Of a DNA stretch of 64,000 nucleotides, positions 26,146 to 40,619 are shown in pieces. A model generated the notes under the pieces. The model was not told the DNA's origin. It was given only the letters and a program-made list of their open reading frames with translations, and made no database searches. The first letter of the stretch is position 1. The number at the start of each line of letters is the position of its first letter. Source of the stretch: Octopus vulgaris (lineage: Eukaryota); contig OX597817.1 in NCBI GenBank assembly GCA_951406725.2, positions 122,388,001 to 122,452,000 on the forward strand. The letters run 5' to 3'. Position numbers and translations under genes: made by a program.

Positions 26146-27032
26146 GGAATGCTTTTAATCACATATCAAACTTGATCTGAATTGACCTGGAGTTAATCAC
26201 TGTCTCATCTCTTGAGCTACTTCACATACAGTATGTTGTCAAATGCAATCAGAAAGTAATAATTCTTTGTGCTGCTTCTAAAGATGTATATGTTCTTGTA
26301 ACAAAATATTTCTGTAGACTCTAACATAGAAGAAAATATTTCCAATTCAATACATCCACCCATATATACAAACAAATAAATCTAAATAATTTATTGTATG
26401 CAATAATTTTTTTTTCTCCTTTAATTTCCCTTTCAGTTTTAATTTGAAACTGAAAGTATTCAACATTTGCATGCAACAGGAATTAGGAATTGAGGATAAG
26501 AATTAAATAGAAAAGTTTGAAATTTCATATGAAAGAGCAGATGTTCAAAAATGGAAAACATCTCAGTATCATTTATAATGTTAGCAGATACATGGAGATA
26601 ATGCTATCTTGTACATTCTTGACTGTACCAATTACTTTGCAGCTTGGTTGAATAAATGGCTAAAATAAGTGAAAAGTTATTTATCTACATACATAATGTA
26701 TTTATATTAATATTACATTATATAGGAGGACAAGGAAATTATGAATAATGAAGAACTAGTCTTCTTTCTTGAACTAGAGAATGTGAAGAGAATACTGGTT
26801 GAGTTTAGTTACGACTAGTATAAAACTGTTGGAGAAAATAGAGATCAAGAAATATTCACAAATTCTGCAAAGGGTGTAAATAGCTTGCATCTTTGATAAC
26901 CTTTTTCTCTTTCATATTAGTTACATTACTTTATAGGGACTTTTATGTACAAATTGTTTAAATCAGTCACAATATTTTGCTATAATACAGAACTGCTAGT
27001 CTGCATATATAACTATATTCTATTTAAATATT

Positions 27033-27076
<44 letters not shown>

Positions 27077-27163
27077 ACACACACACATATATATAAGTAT
27101 ATATGCTTGATTGCTTAATCCTCAAGTTTTTTTTATTCTCTTTCTGTTTATTTTATCATATTC

Positions 27164-27199
27164 CTTTCTGGTGAAGAGCATAAACTCAAAACGTAAAAG
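27164..27199 (+). ncRNA. Degenerate minimal hammerhead-like motif in a short element between TA repeats (~27110-27285)
   Basis: CTTT-CTGGTGA-A-GAGC-ataa-ACTC-AAAA-CG-TA-AAAG. Confidence 0.5.
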
Positions 27200-29083
27200 A
27201 CCTCATTTTCCCAAGCATCAAACTAATACACCTGCTTGTTGTTTACACCTGTCTTTGTACTTTGTTTTTCTGTAAATTTCAACTCTATATATATGTGTGT
27301 GTGTGTGTGTGTATGTATCAGGTGGTTATTTTGAGTCTAATTTAAAGATTGTATGGCCATAAACTTTTCACATGGGCCATGTCATCATGTGAGAGGTGTC
27401 CAAATTTCATGAAAAGAAAGTATGTTGAATTGCGTAAAGTCTAGAGCTTACAGAGAAGAACTAACCTCGCATTTGAATTCAGCATGTTCAAACAAGTTAA
27501 GAACAAATGCTGGTATTAATGCAACAAAACTGTGTTTCTCTTTGCTATTTGTCACTTCTGACAAAAAAGTTCCACACATTTTCTGCATTGTATTTTGGTA
27601 GTATCATGTTGGCTTTTTTTCCAGTTAAAAAACACGTTTAATACAGAGGCATTTAACTTGTGCATTTCTTATATAGCTACACTCCTTTTGTCATTCAGAG
27701 ATTTTCAAACTAACATATTTATTAATCTCAAGTATGTAGCAGAAATGTGACAAAAACCCCTAACGGGAGAACTATAACAAAATTGCATTTGTTTAGAAAA
27801 TGGTAAGGGAAAATTAAAATGTTTCTTCTACAATATAACAATATTTGTTTCAACACAGAATTTCAAATCTAATTTCTTCCTCTAAATAAACTAGTTTTCA
27901 TATGAATGTTTGAGAAATATTTCAGCTTTGGGGCTTGTTGTGCTATATCATAAAAATATATTAACTCTCTCACTCAGGCTAGATTTTGGGAAGGTTCTAT
28001 TAGAAAATTATAGAATCAAAGGTTTTTCTTCTTTTTTTTCCTTGTCACCCCAGTTATTTGCACCGTGTTTATTTGTCTTTCTTTGACATAAATTTCTTTA
28101 TTCTAAACAATGACATTTTTTTTCTCTTTCCTTCTCTATATTTGCAATAAAAGTAGATTTAATATTAAAGGTAACTGTTATCTGAAACATCAACGCTATA
28201 TAATAACAACATGGCTGATACAGAACACCTCAAGGAAATATTCTGTATACTAAATAGGAGGAGGAGGAAGAGGAGGAGGAGAGAGATGGTTTATCTTATC
28301 AAAACTTTGACACACACCCAATTATTTGAAATATTGTTGTAATAAAGCAGCTTGACAATTTATGTATTGGAAAAAATATTTGGAAAACATATCAAGTTAT
28401 GGTCAGTCATTGAGCTTTTATTGATGCTGAAAATGGTCACATAATGAAAAAGAATTCATTCCATATCCATTATTAGAAAAAATATTAACAGTAGCTACCT
28501 TTGTTGCTTTCATTTGTCTTATACATTGATTATAAAGATATCAAAATATCGCATTAATTCTTTTGAATATGAATAGATAGAGAGGCTGTGTATTTTGAAC
28601 TTGATACATGAATATGAGATGCTCTTTCAAATGGTTTCTCAGCAACCAGTCAAATCTTGATGACTAATTATATTTCAATGTGCATATGAATATTTTTGCT
28701 TCCCCACTAATTTCGTAGTTCACTTGTTTGAATAATTGGCAATCTGAAACTCAGTGTTATGATGCATCTAAAAAATACTCAGTACACTCAGAAAAGCAGT
28801 TGGTGTTAGGAAGGCCATCCAACTATAGAAACCATTCCAAAGCAGACAGCAGAACTTGGCACAGTCCTCTGGCTCACCAGCTCAGCGCCTGTCTAACCAT
28901 CCTATGTAATATATATATATATAATCAAACTGAACATTATAAATAACAATAACAAAACAAGAAGGTATTAGTTTGATACTCAATAAAGGTGGGAAAAAAG
29001 AGAGGGTTTTTGACATTTCTTTGTCAGAAAGGTAAATAGAAAAGTCCAGAGAAAGAAAAATATCATGAACAGCACATGCGTGG

Positions 29084-29118
<35 letters not shown>

Positions 29119-29128
29119 CATACATATA

Positions 29129-29162
<34 letters not shown>

Positions 29163-29197
29163 CATACATACATATATATATATACACACATACATAC

Positions 29198-29474
29198 ACA
29201 GAGATGTACTTGCATAGCAAGTGAGTTGATCTGAGATTGTGTGCCGAAACGAAAACAATTGCAGTGTGGAAGATGTTTGTAAGCCATTTAAGAACATACA
29301 AAAATCATTAGTTTCACTTCATCTTTTAAATTTTACACAAAGTTTTGTCAGTGAAAGGGTCGCGGTTTTAAAGCGCCGACAAAATTTTGACAAAATTAAA
29401 TTTAAATGTTGAAGTGAAAGTAATGGCTTTTGTGTGTTCTTAAACAGCATACCAACATCTTCCATGCTGCAATT
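29198..29474. mobile_element. Second copy of the 17151 fold-back family, with the extension on the opposite side
   Basis: Begins gagatgtacttgcatagc, the reverse complement of the 17494 end. Degenerate motif tttgtcagtgaaagggtcgc...gcgccgac...ttgacaaa. Confidence 0.85.
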
Positions 29475-29486
29475 ATATATATATAT

Positions 29487-29646
29487 AAATGTAAGGACAA
29501 GCAAGTTAGGCAAGTTGATATGCAAAAAAGCATTGAATACATTTGTACATATCATCCAACGTCGTCATATGCACATTTGTTGTATTAAAGGTTTTTAATA
29601 TTTATTTTGTATATTGGCTTGCCTAACTTGCTTATCCTTACATTTA
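29487..29646. repeat. Inverted repeat (~41 bp arms) next to a TA run
   Basis: aaatgtaaggacaagcaagttaggcaag pairs with cttgcctaacttgcttatccttacattt. Confidence 0.7.
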
Positions 29647-29732
29647 ATCCTCTACCTGCTCAACTTTAAATATCTTGAGCACTATAAAGTGTATTCTATA
29701 CAGAGAATACCTGTCTCTAATCCCTAAATTAT

Positions 29733-29931
29733 AGGGCCAGGCATGGCTGAGTGGTAAGAAGCTTGCTTCCCAACCATATGGTTCCGGATCCAGTCCCACC
29801 GCATGGCACCTTGGCTAAATGTCCTTTGCTATAGCCTCAGGATGACCAAATCCTCGTGAGTGGATTTTGTAGATGGAAACTGAAAGAAGCCCATCGTGTA
29901 TATATACATATATGTGTGTGTGTGTGTGTGT

Positions 29932-29964
<33 letters not shown>

Positions 29965-30183
29965 TTTCTATGCTTCTTCCCACCACCACCACCACCACTT
30001 GACAACCGATGTTGGTATGTTTACATTCCCATAACTTAGTGTTTTGGCAAAAAGAGTCCGATAGAATAAGTACTAGGCTTACAAAAGAATAAGTCCTGGG
30101 GTTGATTTCTTTGACTAAAGGCTGTACTCCAGCATAGCCACAGTCAAATGACTGTGTACTGAAACAAGTAAAAGAATAAAAGA
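29733..30183 (+). mobile_element. SINE family A, full length
   Basis: Head, (TG)n and tail all present. Confidence 0.9.
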
Positions 30184-31326
30184 AAATACACACATACACA
30201 CACACATATATATATGTATATATATATGTATGTATTGTCAGTAGTTTATATATGTGATAAAGAAGCATACTCTAAAGCACTTGAGCACTAATGTATTGTT
30301 CAGGAAGTTAAAAGTTATGTCTGGTCATACAGTTATAATTGGTTTCACATCTATAAAGTACTTAGCAGTATAGGTGACTTGTTAGACTCAATTGGCTGAA
30401 TGTCCACAACCTGTCTAGAACTGGAATAAGTAATATATAATAATCAGTTGGTTTTGTAAATAAGAAAAAAAAAAAAAAAATTGTCCCTCTATGACCAGCC
30501 ATAGAAACCAATCAAAAACAGACTGGAGCTCGGTGCAACTCCCTAGCTTACCAGCTGCAGACAAACCATCTAACCCATGCTGGCATGGAAAACAGATATT
30601 AAATGATGATGATGATGATGACGACGACGATGATGAAGAGGATGATATATTTATATAGTTATTTATACAAGCATGCACACTTATGTTCTGGTGTGTATGT
30701 GTGTGTATGAATGTGCTTGTGTATGTTTTAACAATAACTTCATTCAAGTAAAATATTATTGTATAACTCCTGAAATCCAACAAATTTGCCATCATTCTTC
30801 CTGTTGACAGCTTACACTGACACTACATATCTTTGTCATGTCTTTGAAATACATCCTAGATATTAAGCTAAACATTACTGAATTTTCATTAAGCATTTCT
30901 ATGGAAATTTTGAATTTTAGAAACTGATAGAGTTGTAATGTTGAGACAGTTTAAGCAAAACATTTACAAAAGCTACAAAAAAAATAAAAGAAAAAAATGT
31001 CTTAGAAAGAACACAGCTCAAGAGAGGAGGAGAAAGAGAGAAAGAAAGAGAGTGAAAGATGGTGAAACAGGGCACCAGATGTACAGACACATGAATAAAG
31101 ACATTGAGACTGACAGCTGAAGTTAAGAGACTTCTTGAAGAGCAGATGCATGGTGGAAAATTTTAGTAGAAAATAACAGACATATACATAGGTAGCGGTG
31201 TAAAAGAAAGTAAGGGAGGTAATTAAATTACAACAATAAAGTTATGAAGAAAGATAATTTTTGAAATGTGAAGTGATATAGAATAAGTAAAACAACTGAG
31301 ATTTCAAGGAGATAAAATACAATAAA

Positions 31327-31366
<40 letters not shown>

Positions 31367-31386
31367 ATATATATATATGTGTATAA

Positions 31387-31421
<35 letters not shown>

Positions 31422-32439
31422 CATACATACATATACATATATATATTCGCACATACAGATATGTGTACATATTTATTACATATCATATGTGTGTTTATAT
31501 GTATGTTAAGTCTGTGTGTGTGTGATAATATACTAAAACTAATAATGATAATAATAATAAGAATAGTAATAATAATAATAATAATAATAATGATAATAAT
31601 AATAATAATAATTGAAAGGGAGTATTTAATGATAGAAGACGCAAACAAAAAAATAAAAAGAAAACAAAATGGAAATATGTGTTAAAATAAAGCAAGCAGT
31701 AAAAAGAAGGAATTAAATGAGAGAGACAGTTTAATGATAGATTGACTAAGTACAGAGAACCATAAGCTGGAGAGATTAGGAGTAAAGACTTCAGCAAAGA
31801 TATTAAGAAAGAGAGAGTGAGATTGAGAAAATGTGTGAGAGAGAGAGTATGAATGAGAGATGGAGAAGATGAGTAAAAAAAAAGATGTAGTAAAAATGAA
31901 GGAGTAGTACTATGGAAGACTGTATGTGTGTGTTTATATATATTAAGGAAAAAGATTAAAAAATGAATGGAAATAACCACGTAAATGAAAAGGTGGTAGA
32001 AATATCCTATCAAAGTAGAGGATTTAAAATCCAAAATAATATTTCTTGAAGCTTATCTCTATGATTATATTGGCTTCTCCAAATAAGTAGAATTCTATAA
32101 AAGCCTTTGAGGTGTCAGTTTATAGGAGACAGAAGCAAATAACTTGAGTGATGAAAATGTCTTTACTAGAACACAAACCACTCAAAATTCACTTGCACAG
32201 TGGCTTTCATTATCATCACAGAGATAAACACAGCAATAACAATTTTGAGTGCTTTGTTGTGTAAAGAAATTCATATGCTTATTAAACAAAAATAGAAGAA
32301 AGTCAGATGGAAACGTGTGTGTGTATGTGTGGGCGTATGTGTGTGTGTGTGTGCGCACGCACAAACATATATCATTATAAATCTATCTAGTTAAATATAT
32401 ATGTGCACTTTCGAACTCACTTACACACCTATAAATATG

Positions 32440-32498
<59 letters not shown>

Positions 32499-33070
32499 AT
32501 TTGTGTGCAGATATATTTGCAGAGAACTGTATACAGATCAGATGGATATACATGAATATATCAAGAATTTGATGTGAAAAACTCTCATATTCAATAAAAT
32601 AAAAAACATAGCCTGTACATGTATTGAGTGCTTACATCTCATTCACTCAATACAAATCAATGCACATATAGATACTTGTATATGTATATATAGATATGCA
32701 TATATATAGTTATAATATTCACATATGTTTATAAACATATATGTATAAAAGCCTACGTAGTAGACACTCAAATATAAAACTGAAAAACCAGCCTTAATAG
32801 ATTACTAACCCTTTTTGGGAACACATCAGAGGTCCTTACAACACTTGACCACTTCATGAGAGGTAAACCACCAATCTGTTTATACACACCTCAAATCTTG
32901 TTGCTTCAGAGAAGTGGAGCAACTAATTTGCATTCTATAAGTGCTTAACATTTTATTTAATATCAGAAGCATGTCTGCAGGGAACCTTGTGCACACAGCG
33001 CATACACACATATGGATGGTTGGTGATTAAACAAGAAACTTATTAGATGTCTTGAACAATTGAAGATACG

Positions 33071-33276
33071 TTAACTCTTTAGTCAAAATATTCTATCTAT
33101 GTTATGTCAAAACTAATCAAATTTGGCTCCTCACACCTACCCTACAATGTCATTCTAATAATAAACAATTGCATCATTAAAATATTGAAGTTGGAAGACA
33201 ATGCATGATTAATTCAAAGCAACGTGAATACACAAGCAATGCATTTGACTGAGTAATTTGAATGCTAAGTGGTTAA
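33071..33276 (-). mobile_element. TTAA-flanked (piggyBac-like) MITE
   Basis: ttaactctttag ... aatgctaagtggttaa. Confidence 0.72.
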
Positions 33277-34177
33277 GACTTTTCATTTCAGTAAAGTTTT
33301 GTTTTTCTTTACAAAAACAAATGCTTATAAATCAGAAACACGAAAAATAACACATGAGAGACACTGGACATATATCAAGGATTGTAGACATAATGATTCT
33401 AAGTTTATGCAAAGTGCTGTGTAAATTAATTTTGTCTTCCTTGAAACAGAACAGAAGGACCACAATATAGGACAAATCACCAAGAAGTTAATATTTTCAT
33501 ATTTTCTTACATGTTCTACATTTTATCCACCACCAAAACATTTTTAGATCTCAAATGGTAAAATTCCTCTAGTTGAAAAGAAGCACAATGTAAGCTGCTT
33601 ATTATGATCATTTTAGGTATAGGGAAATTTTAGATAACAATAGTTGTCTGAAAACATTAAATAGTGAATATGACGGTTTTCTAAGCATGTTTTGAACCCA
33701 CTAATTTTGATAACAATGATTGTTTTGATAACATTATCCATGATTATAATAAACAACTTTCACTGTTCCTCATGGCAAGAACGATTTGCTGCTCTAAATT
33801 CTAGTAAACTCCATAAAATAGGTTTATTTGTGCAAAGTGTGGGTTTGGTTGTGAGAGCAGTAGATTTTCCTCAAGCAAATCTTCACAAGCTATTCTATAT
33901 GAATATAAATATGTATATGGAGCCCTTATAATACAATAGATTAAGGAGCTCACCAGATGCACTGCGCTATATTAGAATATTTGTACAATTGATATAAAGG
34001 AATAATATAATCATAAACATAGAATTTCCCTCCCAAACAAAAGCTGTCAATTCCTACTGATGCATCACATCATGTAAAATCTGTTATTTCTATACATTAA
34101 TCACTTATCCAGCAACTGCAAGTAGATTATAATACCTTCTTTCTCCTGTAAATCAGTACTTTGTAAACAGTGGTTTA

Positions 34178-34475
34178 CTGTGGCTGTCAGGTAAGAAGTT
34201 TGCATCCCAACCTCATGGTTCTGGGTTCAGTCCTAATGCATGGCACCTTCAGCAAGTGTCTTCAAATATAGCCTCATGCCAAGCAAAGCATTGTGAGCAG
34301 ATTTGGTAGAAGGAAACTGGAAAGAAGCTCATTGTGTATATTTGTGTTTTTATCTGTGCTTGTCCCTCACCACATGACAACAGTTTTTAGTGTGTTTATG
34401 TCCCTGTAACTTAGTGGTTTGGCAAAAAAGATAGATAGAATAAGTACTAGGCTTTAAAAATAATAATTACTGGGA
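34178..34475 (+). mobile_element. SINE family A, older copy
   Basis: Head and partial tail. Confidence 0.8.
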
Positions 34476-34561
34476 TTGTTGTTATTTTTGCTGTTGTTGC
34501 ATTGTTATTTCTTTTACAAGAACTGCAAAACTGCCAGTACCAATTTTGGCCTTTGTAAACC

Positions 34562-34862
34562 TAGGTGTGTGGTAAGTAGCTTGCTTACCAACGACATGGT
34601 TCCAGGTTCAGTCCCACTGCATGGCACCTGGGGAAAGTGTCTTCTACTGTAGTCTCGAGCCGACCAAAGCCCCCCCATCATTGCTTGACAACCGATGGTG
34701 GTGTGTTTACGGCCCCCGTAACTTAGCAGTTTGGCAAAAGAGACTGATGCAATAAGTACTAGGCTTCCAAAAAATAATTCCTGGGGCCGATTTGCTCAAC
34801 TAAAGGCGGTGCTCCAGTATGGCCGCAGTCAAATGACTGAAACAAATAAAAGAAAAAAAAGA
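34562..34862 (+). mobile_element. SINE family A with central deletion
   Basis: gccgaccaaagc joins directly to ccccccatcattgcttgac, so the microsatellite is absent. Confidence 0.88.
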
Positions 34863-34986
34863 ATAAATGTTTTATCCCCCTCTTTGTTCAGAAATTGTAG
34901 TATGCTACAATTTTGTAATTGAAAAACAAAACTGAATCTCAGGGAAGACAAATTGTAACAATTGTTTCTAATTTATTAGATATGAG

Positions 34987-35214
34987 TTAAGCCTTTTGTA
35001 TTTAAACTGGTCATATCCAGTCTAAATATTCCACCTGTTTTATGATCAGACCAGAAAGGTTTGGCCTCCCACACAAATACTACAATGTCATTTTTAAAAT
35101 AAACCATCACATCTTTGAAATCTCAAAGCTATAAGATAATGCATGATTAATTCAAAGCAAGATGAATAAATAAGCATTACATATGACAAAGTAATCTGAA
35201 TACTGAAGGGTTAA
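34987..35214 (-). mobile_element. TTAA-flanked (piggyBac-like) MITE
   Basis: ttaagccttttgtatt ... aatactgaagggttaa. Confidence 0.75.
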
Positions 35215-35308
35215 ATTTCCTTGATGTATTATATAACAGGTGAATAGCAACAACAAGGTAGAACACGTAATATAAGAGTTAGTAATATTTACTGTCCAAG
35301 ATTTATAT

Positions 35309-35341
<33 letters not shown>

Positions 35342-36069
35342 AGAAAAAGAGAAAGAAGTTGGTATGTGTGAGAGAAGGAATTTTGTAGTCGAAACATTTT
35401 TGCATAAGACAAATAGCATAGACTTCTAACAGTTATACCAGCTTGAAATATTCTATTTTGTGTAACGCACAAAAATAGCCCCCCTGTATATTTCATTCAA
35501 TAAATCAATGGATAATACTGTATAATGATTGTTCTAGTAAATATAAAAGAAAAAAAAAAACAACATATAAATTAAGTATAATATTCAATTCTTTTGCCAT
35601 TGTTATTTCAAAGAACTTCTTCAAAAATATTCCAAGATTATAGTTCTGTTTAACCAAATCTAATTCAACATCAACTTATTGAAATTGATAACATAACCTT
35701 CATATTCCATAGCAAGTTCTTCAAATAATCTATTGTAATCAAATGTTTTGAATGTAATATGTTGAACCCCCTTCCAATGAGAAGAAATATTTGTATATTC
35801 TTTACGAAAAAGACACTTATAAAATATTTGTGTTTTCCATTTATCAGTAGAAACTTTTTTTTATATATTATTATTAGTTCATGAGTTTCAATTCAAACAA
35901 GAAATCTAATTTTAAATTGTCAATGAAGCACATACACACTGTTTGATTTTAGACATAATATAATATAATATATAATATATTATAATATGGTATAATGTAA
36001 TATGATATCACATGATGTGATATAGCATAATATGATATAATATAATATAATATAATATAATATAATATA

Positions 36070-36286
36070 CTCTTTTACTCTCTTTTACTTGTTTCAGTCA
36101 TTTGACTGCGGCCATGCTGGAGCACCACCTTTAGTCAAGCAAATCGACCCCGGGACTTATTCTTTGGAAGCCCAGTACTTATTCTATCGGTCTCTAATGC
36201 CGAACCGCTAAGTGATGGGGACGTAAACACACCAGCATCGGTTGTCAAGCAATGGAAGGGGGACAAACATAGACACACAAACACAT

Positions 36287-36342
<56 letters not shown>

Positions 36343-36505
36343 GACAGGCTTCTTTCAGTTTCTGTCTACCAAATCCACTCACAAGGCTTTGGTCAGCCCG
36401 GGGCTATACCAGAAGACACTTGCCCAATATGTCACGCAGTGGAACTGAACCCGGAACCATGTGGTTGGTTAGCAAGCTACTTACCACACAGCCACTCCTG
36501 CACCT
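36070..36505 (-). mobile_element. SINE family A, young full-length copy inserted in (ATAAT)n
   Basis: Reverse complement of the 1001 copy. The pentamer repeat continues on both sides. Confidence 0.92.
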
Positions 36506-37104
36506 ATATAATATAATATAATATAATATAATATATGTTTCTAAAGTAGATTTATGCTTTGACATTTAGGGAGAAGAAAGTTGTCAACTATATACTGATC
36601 CAAGTTATTTGACTGTCATCTTATTATATCAACCCTGGAGGGATAAAATGCAAAAGTGGCTGCAGCAGGATTTGAACTGAGAATGCAAAGAAATGGAACA
36701 ATTGAAATAAAGCATTTCATCTGACTCAGTAGTGACACTGCCACCCTATAATATATAGCAGCTCTTCAGCTTACTAACCCTGGTCGAGCTGTCCAACCCA
36801 TGCCAGCATGGACAAATGGACGTTAAATGATGATGATGATGATATATATAATATGTGTAAATATTTATTTATATATATATATATATATTATATATATATA
36901 TATATATGTGTGTATGTATGTGTGTGTGTGTGGTTATATCTATGTAGATATGTATTCATCTATATATGTATATATCTATGTTTGTATGTGTGTATGTTTA
37001 TATGTATCTGTGTGAATGTGCATGAGTATGTATATATGCATATATGCTTGTGCTATTTCTTCAGAGAACCCGAAACTATAGAAGAGATGTTTGGAATATG
37101 CCAC

Positions 37105-37441
37105 CACGAAAGACCCCCTTCGGTCATGAATGACCATGGGATTGCACCTAAAAAGTTACCCCGCAAGGCACAAGTTCAGGCAAGGTTGTTTATGGAAGAA
37201 CAGCACTCACCCATGCATACCAGCCTTCTCACCAATCCACTGATGTTATCTAAAGGAAAATCAAAGGCCGATTCAGCTTGGCACCAGTGATGTCGCAACT
37301 TATTTCTAGAGCTGAGTGAAATGGAGCAATGTGAAATAAAGTGTCTTGCTCAAGAACACAACACACAGCCTAGTCCAGGAATCAAACTCACTACTTCATA
37401 ATTGTGATTCCAGTGCTCTAACCACTGAGCCGTGTGCCCTC
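37105..37441 (-). mobile_element. SINE family D (tRNA-like head)
   Basis: Minus strand reads ggctcagtggttagagc...gagtttgattcc...gtgttcttgagcaagacact. Relatives at 44156(-), 48050(-) and 62055(+). Confidence 0.75.
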
Positions 37442-38126
37442 ACTACACTAAAACTAACTTTTTCCACAAGAGATCTGTGTGATGCAGCTATATTCAATAG
37501 ACAGAGATGCTTGATCAGCATATGGTTTTTTAAGTGGGAAAGAGCTGCACACCACATGTGGGAAACCCTCTTGTTCTCTCACAACATCCCCAGTGATATG
37601 ATAAAGTCAAGACAACTGAGCTTGTATGAGAATGCAGGAAATTTCCAAGGAGGCTGAAGGGATCTCCGGACCTCACAGAACCATGAAACTTGCGGAATGC
37701 ATCTAGGCCATAAAGCACTATTTCAAATGATTGTCCTGCATTATTGCTTGTAGACCAGAACAATGTTATGTTGCCACCTGTACCAGTTGCTTCTACTCAT
37801 CTGCTGTCACCTACATAAAGTTGTGGAAATGAAAGTAATTTATTTCTTCCATGCTTCATGTCAATAAAACGGAAAAAAATGTTGCTAACCATACATACAT
37901 ACTTAATGTGCATATGTGCATATTACTGGGATAGTCATTAATTCTTCTGAGTTCATCTGCCCATTGACAGGTCTTCATTTCCATCCTGCAATGTGCAAAA
38001 TCATTCTCCTTATCTGACAGGCATGATGAAGTTGCTTGTTTAGTAGTCAACAACCCGAACATGCACATGATGTGTAGGATTACATGCTGTCAGTAACTGC
38101 TTGCAAAAGACCTGATGCAGTGTGTG

Positions 38127-38173
<47 letters not shown>

Positions 38174-38385
38174 AGAGACAAAAACAGAGAGAGAGAGAGA
38201 GAGAAAGATATATGAACAGACAGACAGATGGATGGATGGATTGATGGATGGATAGGGGGAGGGATAGACAGATGGAGGGATGGATGAATTGACGGATAAA
38301 GGGATGAAAGAGACAGACAGACAGACACAGATGAACAGATAGGAAAACACATAAATATATGTATATACTGCATAGCAAATTAGGC

Positions 38386-38710
38386 AATGTCTTCTATTAT
38401 AGCTCAGGGCTTGCCAAAGTCTTGTGAGTTGGTTTTATTGTTGGGAACTGAAAGAAGCACTCTTATATGTGGGCAGGTGTGTTTGTGTCTCGTTGTGTCT
38501 CTTGTAAACATTACTGTCATGAAAACAGTGACTTTTTTTCTAGTCCTCCCATCAAGGAGAATTATTACCTAACTTAGAAGAAAAGTGATGGTTGGCAACA
38601 GGAAGGGCATCTGACCATAAAAAAAAATTTGTTTCAACAAATTACTTCTGAGTCATGCAATCATCACAAAGTGAACATTAAAGTGACTGATGATGTTGAC
38701 AATGATGATG
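38386..38710 (+). mobile_element. SINE with family A body and RTE-type tail
   Basis: atgtcttctattatagc...ctgaaagaagc...ggttggcaacaggaagggcat...(GAT)n. Confidence 0.68.
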
Positions 38711-38743
38711 ATAATAATATTGAATATATATATATATATCATC

Positions 38744-39290
38744 GTTACTTAGCGGTTACTTAGCGGTTCGGCAAAAGAGACCGATAGAATAAGTACTGGG
38801 GCTTACAAAGAATAAGTCCCGGGGTCGATTTGCTCGACTAAAGGCGGTGCTCCAGCATGGCCGCAGTCAAATGACTGAAACAAGTAAAAGAGAAAAGAGA
38901 AAGAGATATACATATATATAGTCGACTCTGTGGAGTGGTTGAGTGGCACCTTGGGGGCAAATGCATTCTACTTAAGCTTTGGGCCGACAAACGCCTTTGT
39001 AAGTGTATTTGGTAGTCAGAAATTGAAAGAAGCCCGTCATATGAATATATATGTATGTGTGTGTGTATCTATGTATATGTGTTTGTCCCTGCTTCACTGC
39101 TTGACAACCAGTGTTGGTGTGTTTATGTCCCTGTTACTTAGCAGTTTGGCAAAATAAATCGTTGGAATAAATACCAGGCTTTAGAACAAAAATGTACTGG
39201 GGTCAATACATTCGACTATAAATTCTACAAGGTGGTGCCACAGCATGGCCACAGTCTAATGACTGAAACAAGTAAAAGATGAAAGATAAA

Positions 39291-39294
<4 letters not shown>
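38744..39294 (+). mobile_element. Two family A SINEs: young 5'-truncated tail (38744-38905) and an older copy
   Basis: The first has a near-consensus tail with an 11-bp gttacttagcg duplication. The second spans 38945-39294. Confidence 0.85.
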
Positions 39295-39332
<38 letters not shown>

Positions 39333-40252
39333 GTATGTATTTATTGGTATAGGACACTTGAAAACAACTAAAGAGCAGAACAGAATGATAACAACATCAT
39401 GTAGAATATGGAATAAAAGGCTATTTAGTGATTAAATATCAATGCCACACAAGCAATAAAGCATATCGGGAATTCATATATGTTGTTTACAAACTTATAC
39501 AAAGTTGTCCAGTAAATGTGATAGAAGTATTGTTTCAATGAGATAACTGAATATCGAGATAAAATATTCCAGGTTTATTATTTTATTTTATTTTATTTTA
39601 TTCTTTTATTGTTTTTTGTTTACCTATGTTGTCAAATTTGTAATCTTAATTCATTCCAGTTGCATCTAATATTCAGAACTGTCTACTCTGTTTACTATAT
39701 CTCACTAACTTGGAAGGAAGAAGAAGAAAAGACTGCGAATATTATATTTAATTCTTATGTCGAGATAAGAATCGGCTGTGTGTGTGTGTGGGTGGGTGGG
39801 TAGGGGGAAGAAAAAAGACAAAAAACAAACAAAAAAGACACAAACAAACTGTGAAAGACCTAGCAAAGAACCGATGCCGACTATCTTGTGAAAAATCAAT
39901 TTTACTTTTACAAGTATTGCAACAGGATTAATATAATATTTTTGAAGACATTCCACATTGCTTGTTCAGTGGTAATATCTCTTCATCTTTGATCTACTTT
40001 GTGAATCAGAGTATATAAAGTTATACAGGAATAAGGAAGGAACTGGCAGCAAAACTGGCCAAGACATTAAAAGTAGTTAAAAAAAAAAGGAAAAAAGAAA
40101 AGGTTATAATAACAGCAACAACAAAAAATAATAAATAAAAATCATCAATTTCTATAAAGTAAACCTGCAAATATTAACTTGCTAAATTAAAAATCTAATA
40201 TTGTAAAATGTAAAGTTTGTAAAAATGAAAATCTACAAGAAATCATGCTAGT

Positions 40253-40253
<1 letters not shown>

Positions 40254-40332
<79 letters not shown>
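40254..40332. repeat. (TAA)n microsatellite
   Basis: Perfect triplet run. Confidence 0.95.
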
Positions 40333-40333
<1 letters not shown>

Positions 40334-40575
40334 CCCTCACTTTTACTAGTAAAATTTATATTGAAAATGGCTCAGTGAAAATTCTACCACCCACTAGTTT
40401 TCAATATGAATTTTATCAGTTCTGATATGGAATTTCACTTTTCCTTGAATCTTCATAACAGAACTGCTCACTATTTATTCACAAATGGTGTGTGACTTTC
40501 ATTGATATTGAATTGAAAAAAAAAAAAAAAGGGTAGTGAATGACAATCACAGCAACAGCAATGATAGCAATGGTG

Positions 40576-40619
<44 letters not shown>

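Noticed and set aside
37530-37763. GSVRSGDPFSLL as an RT QGxxLSP motif
   Set aside because: The match is poor and no other RT motifs are in register.
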